DNA from: Chloroflexota bacterium
GTDB taxonomy: Bacteria > Chloroflexota > UBA11872 > VXNJ01
Assembly: GCA_963577415.1 (NCBI GenBank)
Contig: CAUYYU010000003.1
Coordinates: 1-33,805 of the forward strand
Length of the DNA: 33,805 nucleotides
Direction of reading: 5' to 3'
Position numbers and translations under genes: made by a program. The stretch's first letter is position 1. The number at the start of each line of letters is the position of its first letter. Below are positions 9,462-18,504 of this stretch, in pieces. Under the pieces are notes generated by a model. The model had not been told where the DNA came from and did not search any database. It saw only the letters and a list, made by a program, of their open reading frames with translations.

Positions 9462-10148
9462 CTAGCCGGGCCGTGGCTGGAGGTACTTCTCGATGAAGGT
9501 CTCCATCTGGGAGCGGTTCAATAGGCCCGGCCGGATGGCGGCGACGACACCGTCGCGGCCGATAAAGACGTGGGTAGGAAAGGCGCGTACGGCGTAGGCC
9601 GCGCCGGCGTCCCGGTGGGGATCGATCAGCGTCCGCCATGTGTATCCGCCGGATTCGACATAGTCCCGGACGACGGCTTCGGATTCACCCAGGGAGACGG
9701 CCAGGTGACCGACGTCGGTTCCCGCCAATTGTCGGGTAACCGCCTCAAGGTCGGGGGCTTCGGCGCGGCAGGGTCCGCACCAGGTGGCCCAGAAAGTGAT
9801 CCAGATGGGCCTCTGGCCGATGTCGGCGGCGAGGTTGAACTCGGGCCCCTCTAGGCTGGTGAGAACGAAGGGCGGAGCGACCTGGCCGATGCGGACGATT
9901 GGGCCGGCGACGCCCGCATAACTGGCGCCAGTGCTCTGGGAGCTGGCCAACCCGAAGGTGGGATCGATTTGGAATCCGCCGACCGCCAGGACGATGGCAG
10001 CGATGGTGACGGCAAGGGCGGCGAGAATGGCGACAGGGGCGCGTCGCCAGTGCGCAACTATTGATTGGTCGGGACGTTCAAGCAAGGGAGAACTCGGTGG
10101 GATGATGGATTTCTCGATGTGCGGTGATGTCCGGCGGAAGCTAGGCAT
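9462..10148 (-). CDS. Membrane-anchored TlpA/ResA-type thiol-disulfide reductase
   Basis: TM anchor, then GQVAPPFVL, FWATWCGPCRAEAP (CxxC) and cis-Pro AFPTHVFI. Start uncertain. Confidence 0.88.
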   Translation of the reverse strand: MPSFRRTSPHIEKSIIPPSSPLLERPDQSIVAHWRRAPVAILAALAVTIAAIVLAVGGFQIDPTFGLASSQSTGASYAGVAGPIVRIGQVAPPFVLTSLEGPEFNLAADIGQRPIWITFWATWCGPCRAEAPDLEAVTRQLAGTDVGHLAVSLGESEAVVRDYVESGGYTWRTLIDPHRDAGAAYAVRAFPTHVFIGRDGVVAAIRPGLLNRSQMETFIEKYLQPRPG

Positions 10149-10183
10149 GGACGCCCGGGGGGATGCTGCAAGAATAGGATGAT

Positions 10184-12982
10184 ATGCGGAGAAGCTTAAA
10201 GAAGAAACGCCGGCGCAAGCCTGGCCGGTTGGCGTTGTGGCTGGCGTTGGCCGCGATACCGGTGGCCGGTGTGGCGACAATGGTTGTGGTGGTCGGCGCG
10301 CTGTTTTTCCTGGGGGGTTCCGTGGCACTGGCCGCGACGAGCGTTCTCTTCGACGATCTGCCGGATGTGCGGGCGGTGGCGACTTTTGAAGAATCGCTGT
10401 TCGAGAATTCGTCGGTGTACGCCGCGGACGGGACGCGGCTGGGGGAAATCGCGTCGGAAGGCCGCCGTACGCTGGTTACGGCGGATGAAATTCCGCAACT
10501 GGTGAAGGACTCAGTGATCGCGTCGGAGGATTCCAGTTTTTACGAGAATCCGGGAGTGGATTTCTGGGCGATCGTGCGGGCGGTGTGGCTGAACTTACAG
10601 GGGCAGGCGATCGTCTCGGGGTTCAGCACTATCACGCAGCAGGTGGTGAAAAACACGCTGCTGAGTCCGGAACAAAGTGTGGAGCGGAAGCTGAAGGAGG
10701 TGGTGCTGGCGTACCAGCTTACGCAGAGCCTGTCGAAGGACGAGATTCTGGCGCTGTACCTGAACCAGAACAACTACGGCAATCTGGCCTATGGGATCAG
10801 GGCGGCGGCGAGGACGTATTTTGACCGTGACCTGGAATCGTTAACGCTGGCGGAGGTAGCGATGCTGGTGGGAATTCCACGGGCTCCTTCAGCCCAGAAT
10901 CCGGTGGTGGATATCGACACGGCAACACGAGTGCAGCACAACGTGCTGGACCTGATGGTGAAGAATCAGTTCGTGACGCGGTCGCAGGCGGAGGAAGCCA
11001 AGGCGGAGGAGCTGGAGTACCGGCTGCCGGAGACGGAGGCCGGGCCGGCGCCGCACTTTTTCAATTATGTGGTGGAATATCTGAACGAGCGCTACGGGCC
11101 GGAGTGGACACGGCGCGGATGGCGGGTCACGACGACGATAGACCTGAGGTTGCAGGCGGAGGCGGAGCGGATTGCCCGGGAACATGTAGAAACATTGTCC
11201 GACCTGGACGCGCGGAACGCGGCGGTGATGGTGCTGGAGCCGTCGACGGGTGAGATTCTGGCGATGGTGGGAAGCGTGGATTTTGGGGATGAATCGATCG
11301 ACGGCCAGGTAAACATGGCGATCGCTCCGCGGCAGCCCGGGTCGGCGTTCAAGCCGATCACATACGTGACGGCACTGGGGAAGGGCTACACGGCGGCGAC
11401 GGTGCTGATGGACCTGCAGACAACTATCGAAATCCCGGGGCAAGAGCCGTACGAGCCGGAGAATTACGACCGGAAGTTTCACGGTCCGGTGAGATTGCGG
11501 GAAGCACTGGGAAGTTCATTGAATATCCCGGCGGTGAAGACGCAAATATTCGCCGGGATCGCGGAGACGCTTGAGACGGCAGCGAAATTAGGTATGCGCA
11601 TTGAGGGCGGGACAGAACGGTTCGGGCCGGCGCTGGCGCTGGGCTCGGGAGAGGTTTCGCTGCTGGACATAGCGACCGCGTTCGGGGTATTCGCTAACGG
11701 CGGGATGCAAATTGACACCAATCCGATTTTACGGATCGAGGACTCGCAGGGGGAGGTGGTGGAGGAACCGGCGGCGCCGGTTGGCTCGAGGGTCTTGAGC
11801 GGCGAACTGGCGTTTCTGATGACGGACATCCTGGCTGACGCCGAGGCCCGGCTGTTGGGATTCGGGAACAACCAGACGCTGAGGCTAAAGGATAGGGCAG
11901 CGGCGGTAAAGACGGGGACGACAACCGATTTTCGGGATGCACTCACCGTGGGTTTTACGCCACAGCGAGTTGTGGCGGTGTGGGTTGGAAACGCGGACCG
12001 AACCGAGATGGAGGGGGTGAGCGGAGCGAAAGGGGCGGGGCCGATCTGGAAAGCGATGATGGAGTTCGCACATGACGATTTACCGACGGTGGCTTTTGCC
12101 CGCCCGCCGGGTTTAATCAGCGCGGAGATAGACGTGGTATCGGGCCTGATTCCGGGGGAATACACGCCGCGTCCGATGACAGAATATTTTATTCCGGGGA
12201 CGGTCCCGGAACGTCGGGATTTTTACCACCAGCCAATCCGGATTCATGAGCCAAGTGGCAAGCGCGCGGGGCCGGCGACACCGGCGAACGAGGTGGTGAT
12301 CGAGATATTCCCGGTGCTCCCGCCGGAGGCGGCGGGATGGCAGCTGGAGCAGCCGGAGGACTCGCCGTTTTTCCTGCCGAAAGAAGAATACGCGACGGTG
12401 CTGGATTCCCCGATGCCGTTGGGAAATATCGCAATCGCGATGCCGGCTCAGAATCAACAGGAGCGAAGCATCCTAGAGGTGGTGGGAAGCGCGGGGGGAG
12501 AGGGATTCGTAAGTTTTGTGCTCGAGGTCGGGTCGGGGGTTAACCCCGGTCGATGGGGACTAATCGCCGGACCGCTGGGTGATCCACGCGACCGGACGCA
12601 ACTGGGAGCGGTGGACACCATCCAGATGGCGGATGGCATTTACACGCTGAGGCTGACGGTCGAGCGGGAGGGGGGTGGGGAGGAGGTCGCATTCCGTCAG
12701 TTCGTAGTGGACAACACGGCTCCAACGGTGCAGATACTAGGGATTGAGCCAGGATCGACATTGCCGCGGGGGCAAGTGGCGCTGAATGTGGAGGCCGCGG
12801 ACAACATGGGAATTAAGTCGGTCGCCTATTTTGTAAGCGGTGAGCTGGTGGGGACGGCGGTGGCGGCACCGTATCAAGTGATCTGGGATTCGGTTTCGGG
12901 GAACGGCAGCGTGATGGCGCTGGTGATTGATGAAGCGGGCAATCGGGAGGAAAGCGAAGCGGTGGAATTTCGGGTGCCGTAG
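10184..12982 (+). CDS. Class A penicillin-binding protein (transglycosylase + transpeptidase) with C-terminal Ig-like domains
   Basis: Basic N-terminus plus TM. Transglycosylase motifs SED..F, G.STITQQ..KN, RKLKE and YLN. Transpeptidase motifs SAFK, SLN and KTGT. C-terminal VDNTAP..A.DN.GI..V..Y Big-like domain. Confidence 0.95.
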   Translation: MRRSLKKKRRRKPGRLALWLALAAIPVAGVATMVVVVGALFFLGGSVALAATSVLFDDLPDVRAVATFEESLFENSSVYAADGTRLGEIASEGRRTLVTADEIPQLVKDSVIASEDSSFYENPGVDFWAIVRAVWLNLQGQAIVSGFSTITQQVVKNTLLSPEQSVERKLKEVVLAYQLTQSLSKDEILALYLNQNNYGNLAYGIRAAARTYFDRDLESLTLAEVAMLVGIPRAPSAQNPVVDIDTATRVQHNVLDLMVKNQFVTRSQAEEAKAEELEYRLPETEAGPAPHFFNYVVEYLNERYGPEWTRRGWRVTTTIDLRLQAEAERIAREHVETLSDLDARNAAVMVLEPSTGEILAMVGSVDFGDESIDGQVNMAIAPRQPGSAFKPITYVTALGKGYTAATVLMDLQTTIEIPGQEPYEPENYDRKFHGPVRLREALGSSLNIPAVKTQIFAGIAETLETAAKLGMRIEGGTERFGPALALGSGEVSLLDIATAFGVFANGGMQIDTNPILRIEDSQGEVVEEPAAPVGSRVLSGELAFLMTDILADAEARLLGFGNNQTLRLKDRAAAVKTGTTTDFRDALTVGFTPQRVVAVWVGNADRTEMEGVSGAKGAGPIWKAMMEFAHDDLPTVAFARPPGLISAEIDVVSGLIPGEYTPRPMTEYFIPGTVPERRDFYHQPIRIHEPSGKRAGPATPANEVVIEIFPVLPPEAAGWQLEQPEDSPFFLPKEEYATVLDSPMPLGNIAIAMPAQNQQERSILEVVGSAGGEGFVSFVLEVGSGVNPGRWGLIAGPLGDPRDRTQLGAVDTIQMADGIYTLRLTVEREGGGEEVAFRQFVVDNTAPTVQILGIEPGSTLPRGQVALNVEAADNMGIKSVAYFVSGELVGTAVAAPYQVIWDSVSGNGSVMALVIDEAGNREESEAVEFRVP

Positions 12983-13051
12983 GCGGGTGAACGAGCCGGC
13001 AACCGGGAAGTAAAAATCTCCGATTTCGGGCATGCGCTCGGAAAACGGATA

Positions 13052-13735
13052 ATGGGAGCAGCGATGAGCAAGTTAGGCCGCATCTTGCGAGGAGTACGCG
13101 ACAGTTTTGGACAAGGAGCCACAATGACGAGCGACGGGCTATCGAGGCGCGAGCGAGAGGCGAAGCTCGCGGCGCGATACGGGGACCGTCTTCCCCCCGG
13201 CCAACACATCGTGGAGGACTGGCCGGTGCTTACCTACGGCCCTACGCCAAGAAAAATGGAGTCGGACTGGAGATTTGGCATCACCGGATTGGTGCGGCCG
13301 GAGCGAGACTACAGCCTGGAGGAATTCAAGGAGATCGCATGGGCGACAGTCCACGCGGATTTTCATTGCGTGACGCGTTTTAGCGTAATGGACAACGATT
13401 GGGAGGGTGTACCGGTGCTGGCGATGATGGAGAGGGTGGAAGTATTGCCGGAAGCCACGGCGGTTCTGGTGCATTGCGAGGGCGGATACACGACGAATCT
13501 CATGTTGGATGACTTCTTGCGGCCGGAGAATCTGCTGGCCTTTCGCAGAAATGACGCACCTCTGAGCGCGGAGCATGGGGGGCCGGTCCGTCTGATCGTG
13601 CCGCACCTGTACGCGTGGAAAAGCGCAAAATGGGCGAATGGAATCGAGTTGCTGAGGGCGGATGCGCCGGGATTCTGGGAGCGAAATGGATACCACATGC
13701 GAGGCGAGCCGTTTGCCGAAGAGCGGTTCGGATGA
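13052..13735 (+). CDS. Sulfite oxidase-like molybdopterin oxidoreductase (cytoplasmic, MsrP/YuiH-like)
   Basis: RLPPGQ, DFHCVT (Mo-ligating Cys), HGGPVRL.VPHLY.WKSAKW and GFWE.NGYH motifs. Confidence 0.9.
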   Translation: MGAAMSKLGRILRGVRDSFGQGATMTSDGLSRREREAKLAARYGDRLPPGQHIVEDWPVLTYGPTPRKMESDWRFGITGLVRPERDYSLEEFKEIAWATVHADFHCVTRFSVMDNDWEGVPVLAMMERVEVLPEATAVLVHCEGGYTTNLMLDDFLRPENLLAFRRNDAPLSAEHGGPVRLIVPHLYAWKSAKWANGIELLRADAPGFWERNGYHMRGEPFAEERFG

Positions 13736-13895
13736 GAGCACGAAAATGATTCCTGCCCCAGGAAGACTGAAGATCGTCTAAGATATGCGCCGGACGGACC
13801 CGGCCTGAGGGAGGCAGCGGAAAGTCCAAGCTTGGGAAAGGCATCGCTGCAGGCAGGGTCAGAAGTGTTATGGCTATTCTGATTCTGGGGCGAAG

Positions 13896-14603
13896 ATGGG
13901 CAACATTCGCAGATACCGATTATTCGTTACTTTTCTGGCCGTACCGGCCATCATCATTGCGCTGATCGTGGTCGTGCTGCTGAACCTGTTCGGGGGTTCC
14001 GCCGATGAAGAGTCGACAGGGACGGGGACCACGGTGCTAGAAGTGCCGACCCCGGCTGTGATTGTGGCGGTGCCGGACGGCGGAGAATCGCCAGCGACGA
14101 CGGAACAGTTGGCGACGCCGCTCCCTGATGCGACTGTAACGCCAGCGGCGCCACCTACGCCAGAACCAACGCCGACGGCGGTGGCGACTCCTACACCGGC
14201 CCCTCGCGAGTACGTGATCCAAGACAGGGAGACGCTATCGGAAATCGCGGAGGCCAACGGATTGACGACTGCGGAATTGGCCGAGTTCAACCAAATCGAG
14301 GATCCGGAACTAGTTTTCTCAGGCCAGACCATCATCATCCCTTCGCCGTCGGGTGATTTCGTGCCGCTGCCGACTCCGGATCCCACCCACACGCCGGCGC
14401 CGCTATCTGGAGTGGTAAACAGCGAGGACGGGCTCAACATACGAGCGGAGCCTGATATCAATAGCGAACGCACCGGAGGATTGGCGGCGGCTGAGGAAGT
14501 TAATCTGACTGGGGTGACGCATGTTTTCGACGGGGAGACCTGGTATGAGCTGGATTCAGGTGGTTGGGTGCTAGGAGAGTTCCTAGATATTACGGGCGGC
14601 TAG
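13896..14603 (+). CDS. Membrane-anchored LysM and SH3b domain protein
   Basis: N-terminal TM, Pro/Thr linker, LysM domain (YVIQDRETLSEIA...LAEFNQI.DP.LVFSGQ.I.IP) and SH3b domain (GLNIRAEP...WY.L..GGWV...FL). Confidence 0.88.
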   Translation: MGNIRRYRLFVTFLAVPAIIIALIVVVLLNLFGGSADEESTGTGTTVLEVPTPAVIVAVPDGGESPATTEQLATPLPDATVTPAAPPTPEPTPTAVATPTPAPREYVIQDRETLSEIAEANGLTTAELAEFNQIEDPELVFSGQTIIIPSPSGDFVPLPTPDPTHTPAPLSGVVNSEDGLNIRAEPDINSERTGGLAAAEEVNLTGVTHVFDGETWYELDSGGWVLGEFLDITGG

Positions 14604-15799
14604 GGCTCGTCGGCCCGCCAAAAGGCGAACTCTCGCCCCGGAAATAGGAATTTGAGCAGTTCGGCCTCCGGCCTGGGGACTGTTGGAGGTAGGCGGCCCT
14701 GGAACAGAAGGCGCCAAAAATCACCTTCGGAGAGCTGCAGAAAGCTCGGCCGGTTTGGAGGTGGTGATCTGACTTCGAAGTTTCCGCCCCGGGCGGAGAT
14801 TTCGGCGGCCATATGTCCCACGAGGAGGTCTATCTGGCGGTCGCCGCATTCACCCTGCCGAATGCAGATTGCCTGAAACTCAGGGGTAAGGGCACGGACG
14901 AGCCGGCGGAGACTGAGGAGCTTAAACATAGCCCGGTTGTCCTGGCCAAGTTCGGCATGAACTTGCAGGCCGGAAGGGAGATCATCGAGCGACGTGGAAA
15001 GCTGGATTTGACCGGTGACCCGGGAGAACCCCTGTCGACGAGCGCGTTGGAAAAGGGCTGTGAGGAGAGCGACTTCGCCAGCGTGATCGACGGATAGGAG
15101 ATCAGTGATGGCGAAATCGCGGTCGTCGGGCCAGCCGTGCCGGGCACGAGCGTAGCCAGCAATGGCGCCATCGATTTCCAGAACCAAAGTTTCACCGTGG
15201 TCGGCTCTTCGCTGAAGATCGGATTTCCACCAGGCGATTGATCTCAGGAGAGGACCGGCGTAGCGGGAACCGCAGTGCCCATGGATAGCCATCACGGAGT
15301 CCAGATCGGCGGCTCGGTAGTCGCGGACGCCGGTTGGGATATCTACAGCCTCGGCGGACTGAATATCTATCGTGAAACAGCGACGAGGCCATGGGGACCA
15401 GCCCTGATCTCGGAATAAATCGTTGAGGTCAGTGAAGAGGAGAGCGAGGTGGTAGCGCTCGGCGCGGGCGTGCTCAAGAGCGGCGTCGAGAGCGGTGCGG
15501 GCGTGTCCGCGACCCCGCTGGTCGGGAGCAGTGACGACATCGGATAAAACGGCGACCCGCAGTAGAGCGCGTCCGACACGCATGTCCCGGGGCGCGAGTC
15601 GCAGGTGACTGACTACCTCTCCGCCGGAGATGACGAGGAAGGTGTCGCGAGGATCGTAGGCAGGGTCCAGGGCGCTAATACGTAGCTCTTTGTCGGCATC
15701 CTTGCCAAGGACCCTGGAGACGAGTTCAAGACCGGAGGCTAGGAGGCGCTCGTCCTCGGCCCGTACCACCCGCCGGTCACGATCTGACTGCATTTCCAT
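14600..15799 (-). CDS. Eis-like GNAT N-acetyltransferase (tandem GNAT + SCP2-like tail)
   Basis: VVTAPDQRGRGHA acetyl-CoA motif A, a second GNAT repeat and a length of about 400 aa. Confidence 0.82.
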   Translation of the reverse strand: MEMQSDRDRRVVRAEDERLLASGLELVSRVLGKDADKELRISALDPAYDPRDTFLVISGGEVVSHLRLAPRDMRVGRALLRVAVLSDVVTAPDQRGRGHARTALDAALEHARAERYHLALLFTDLNDLFRDQGWSPWPRRCFTIDIQSAEAVDIPTGVRDYRAADLDSVMAIHGHCGSRYAGPLLRSIAWWKSDLQRRADHGETLVLEIDGAIAGYARARHGWPDDRDFAITDLLSVDHAGEVALLTALFQRARRQGFSRVTGQIQLSTSLDDLPSGLQVHAELGQDNRAMFKLLSLRRLVRALTPEFQAICIRQGECGDRQIDLLVGHMAAEISARGGNFEVRSPPPNRPSFLQLSEGDFWRLLFQGRLPPTVPRPEAELLKFLFPGREFAFWRADEP

Positions 15800-15933
15800 C
15801 CGCGATTGTTGAATGGCCGGCGACCAGCGCCGCAGGAGGAGGATGGACCCGGGTCACCGGCGGACGGGCAAGATCTAGCGGCTGAGAGGCCAGGCTCATG
15901 ATAGCGCGCCGCGGAATGGAGACCGGAGCGGTC

Positions 15934-16558
15934 TTAGTAGAGGGTTGGGGTGACCAGGTCGTAACCGTCGGGGTAGCGGTACATGGTGGTGCCTCCGCCA
16001 ATAAAGCAAATCTTCTTACCCCAATCCTCGAGACGAGCGGTGGCGACGCTAAATCCGAACTGCTGCGTCCCGGGTTGGAGCTGCTGCTCGTCACCCTCGA
16101 CGCCTACCTTCCAGATCCCGGGCACCGTGTTCGGACCGATGACCCGGAACTCAGCCGGGATGAACCGGTTGTGGTTCGTACTGAGGTTGTAGATGATGGT
16201 AGTGATGAAACCGGGGCCGGGGAGGTCAATGCGAACCATCCGGCTGGAGGTTTGCATCTCCGACCCATAGAGATCGGGCGTCTTGGTGGCCCGCAGATTG
16301 GTGGCCCGCCGAGGGTAGATGTTCTTCAGATATTTCATCAAAAGGCGGAGGACCGGGTAGGCAATATCGTCTTGCAAGAAATTGCGCATGTTGTAGATGG
16401 CGATTCGGTCGGCGCCGGCAGCGATTGCGTTGGCATAGCCCTGAATCAAGAAGTGAATGCGCTCGGTCGGAGTAGCGGTGAGGCTATGGTTCGTGGTCGG
16501 GTCGATGGGATCGAGCGAAGTGGGAACGCCCATTTTTACGGGCGTTAATAATGAGTGG
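15934..16558 (-). pseudogene. Probable C-terminal remnant of a clan GH-A-like glycoside hydrolase
   Basis: The 199-aa ORF (15934-16533) has ERIHFLIQGYANAIAAGADRIAIYNMRN, recalling the last helix and strand of GH-A barrels. An out-of-frame PLIIN lies immediately upstream and is preceded by a stop. The family call is from recollection of motif style only. Confidence 0.45.
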
Positions 16559-16997
16559 CGACAGTGAATTTCACAAGACTTGGCTCTGAAACCGGTCTGT
16601 TGCCTCGATCAGCGACCCGGTGAGTCCAGGCACTCCGGCAGCTTTCCGTCCCCACCTCAGGCATGGGATTGCCTTAAATAGACGACCGTACTTATTGATA
16701 ATCGACAGAACCACGGGTATCTATTCGAGAGGAAGCGATGGTACTTGATCTGGCGCGCAGGGAAGTTGTTTCGCCGTTAACAGTTTGACCGTTAATTATT
16801 CGGCGTGAGCGAGATCGAAGCGGGGCGTTCGTTTACACATACGATGGAGGAGAAAGGGTTGCAGATGCAGATGGAAACCGGGATTTTGGGAACGCCGCCT
16901 GACGCGGCGAGGATTAAGTGTAACCGGGGCTAGAGCACCCAGCCTTTAGGATAGAATCTACCGGAGTGTTGGGGTAGGCGAGGAAGGCCGCTACACA

Positions 16998-17366
16998 CTG
17001 CAACCCGAATATCTGGAGAGCTACCTGCCGCTCCTGATCGCGGTCATCGCGGCGACGGGGTTCGTCGTGGTAAATATCTTCCTTGGAATCATGCTGGCGC
17101 CGCAGCAGTTTTCGCGGTTGAAGCGCACGATATTTGAATGCGGGATGGAGTCGGAGGAGGGTGGCTGGCGGCAGATGCACGTGCGCTACTACCTGGTGGC
17201 GATCCTGTTCGTGATATTCGCGATTGAGGGTGTGTTCTTGTTTCCGTGGGCGGCGGTGCTGGGAGAGATCGGGCCTTTTGCCTTCGTAGAGATGCTGGTC
17301 TTCATGGCGATACTGTTTTTCGGTCTCGTATACGCCTGGAAAAAGGGTGCGCTGGAATGGCGCTGA
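16998..17366 (+). CDS. nuoA: NADH-quinone oxidoreductase subunit A
   Basis: FECG, YYLVAILFVIF.IE..FLFPWA and YAWKKGALEW motifs. The first TM helix (YLPLLIAVIAATGFVV) lies upstream of the ORF-track GTG, so the start is probably CTG 16998 or 17013. Confidence 0.93.
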   Translation: MQPEYLESYLPLLIAVIAATGFVVVNIFLGIMLAPQQFSRLKRTIFECGMESEEGGWRQMHVRYYLVAILFVIFAIEGVFLFPWAAVLGEIGPFAFVEMLVFMAILFFGLVYAWKKGALEWR

Positions 17367-17950
17367 CGGTAGATCCAGACCAGCCGTTGTTCATGCCGGG
17401 CGACGAAGAACCTTTGATCAAGGATCAACCTATAGGGCCGATCGGAATGGATGGCGAGATGGGGGGTCTGTTCCAAAGTCTGCCGGCAAACATCCTGACC
17501 CTGAAGGTTGATCAGCTATTTGCGTTGAGCCGCAAGAACTCGCTGTGGCCGATGACGTTTGGGATCGCCTGCTGCGCCATCGAGATGATCGGCACATACA
17601 TGGCGAACTACGACCTGGACAGGATGGGCATATTGCCGTTCCCATCACCGAGGCAGGCAGATGTGATCCTGGTGGCAGGAACGGTGAATCGGAAGATGGC
17701 TCGGGTGGTGAAGCTGCTATGGGAGCAAATGCCGATGCCGAAGTGGTCCATAGCGATGGGCTCGTGCGCGGAATGCGGGGGGCCCTTTTATTCGTACAAG
17801 AATGTGATCGAGGGAGTAGACAAAATAATACCGGTGGACATTTACGTGCCGGGGTGCCCGCCGCGTCCGGAGGCGTTGATTGACGGATTCGTGCGCCTGC
17901 AGGCGAAGATCATGGCGGATGCGAAGGCCGGTGTATGGCGCAAGAAGTAG
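17357..17950 (+). CDS. nuoB: NADH-quinone oxidoreductase subunit B
   Basis: SLWPMTFGIACCAIE, SPRQAD, MGSCA and DIYVPGCPPRPE motifs. ATG 17357 overlaps the end of nuoA. Confidence 0.97.
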   Translation: MALTVDPDQPLFMPGDEEPLIKDQPIGPIGMDGEMGGLFQSLPANILTLKVDQLFALSRKNSLWPMTFGIACCAIEMIGTYMANYDLDRMGILPFPSPRQADVILVAGTVNRKMARVVKLLWEQMPMPKWSIAMGSCAECGGPFYSYKNVIEGVDKIIPVDIYVPGCPPRPEALIDGFVRLQAKIMADAKAGVWRKK

Positions 17951-18504
17951 CCGGGTCGCGGCCGGCTCCGACTAAAGAGTCGATTGCGAACTGGGCCCGT
18001 GCGACCCTGGAGCCGCTGGGGGGCACGGTGGTGGTGGACAGACAGTTCGTGGAGGTCGAACTGACGGCGGAGAAGTTGCGGGCGGCGGCCCATGAGATCA
18101 GTAAAAGTGACGATCCGGAGTTCAGCCTGCTGTACGACATCTCCGGGTTGCACTGGCCCGATGATGGCGAGCTTGAAGCCGTGTATCACTTCTTCGGCGG
18201 CTGGCACGCGGAGGGAATCACGTTGAGGGTGCGCGTGCCGGACGACCGGCCGTTGATCCCGACGATCAGTGAAGACTGGCCGACGGCCAACTGGCACGAG
18301 CGGGAAGCGATGGACCTCTTCTTGTTCGAGTTTGAAGGCCATCCGTATCCGGAGCCGCTGCTGCTGGAAAAGGACATGCAGGGCGCGTTGCTGAAGCATT
18401 ATCCGCAGCGTGAAGCGCCGGACATGGTGGAGCGATTCAAGCAACGTGGAGACGTGCCCTTCGAGATTTGGAAGGCGGTGCGGCCGGAGATTGAGAATGG
18501 CTGA
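17935..18504 (+). CDS. nuoC: NADH-quinone oxidoreductase subunit C
   Basis: PTISEDWPTANWHEREAMDLFLFEFEGHP matches the NuoC W.ERE..D.FG..F.GHP motif, and the operon position fits. Confidence 0.93.
   Translation: MAQEVAGSRPAPTKESIANWARATLEPLGGTVVVDRQFVEVELTAEKLRAAAHEISKSDDPEFSLLYDISGLHWPDDGELEAVYHFFGGWHAEGITLRVRVPDDRPLIPTISEDWPTANWHEREAMDLFLFEFEGHPYPEPLLLEKDMQGALLKHYPQREAPDMVERFKQRGDVPFEIWKAVRPEIENG

Noticed and set aside
13819-13827. GGAAAGTCC resembling the RNase P RNA conserved motif
   Set aside because: The intergenic space is only about 160 nt, and no other rnpB conserved regions are visible.
16562-16576. Rex operator upstream of nuo
   Set aside because: Rex sites are TTGTGAA-N4-TTCACAA. 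Here the spacer is 1 nt and the site is about 400 nt from nuoA.
16521-16896. 10-bp direct repeat TGGGAACGCC (16521-30 and 16887-96) as a target-site duplication
   Set aside because: There are no terminal inverted repeats or transposase, and removing the interval does not restore a convincing reading frame. It could be chance.
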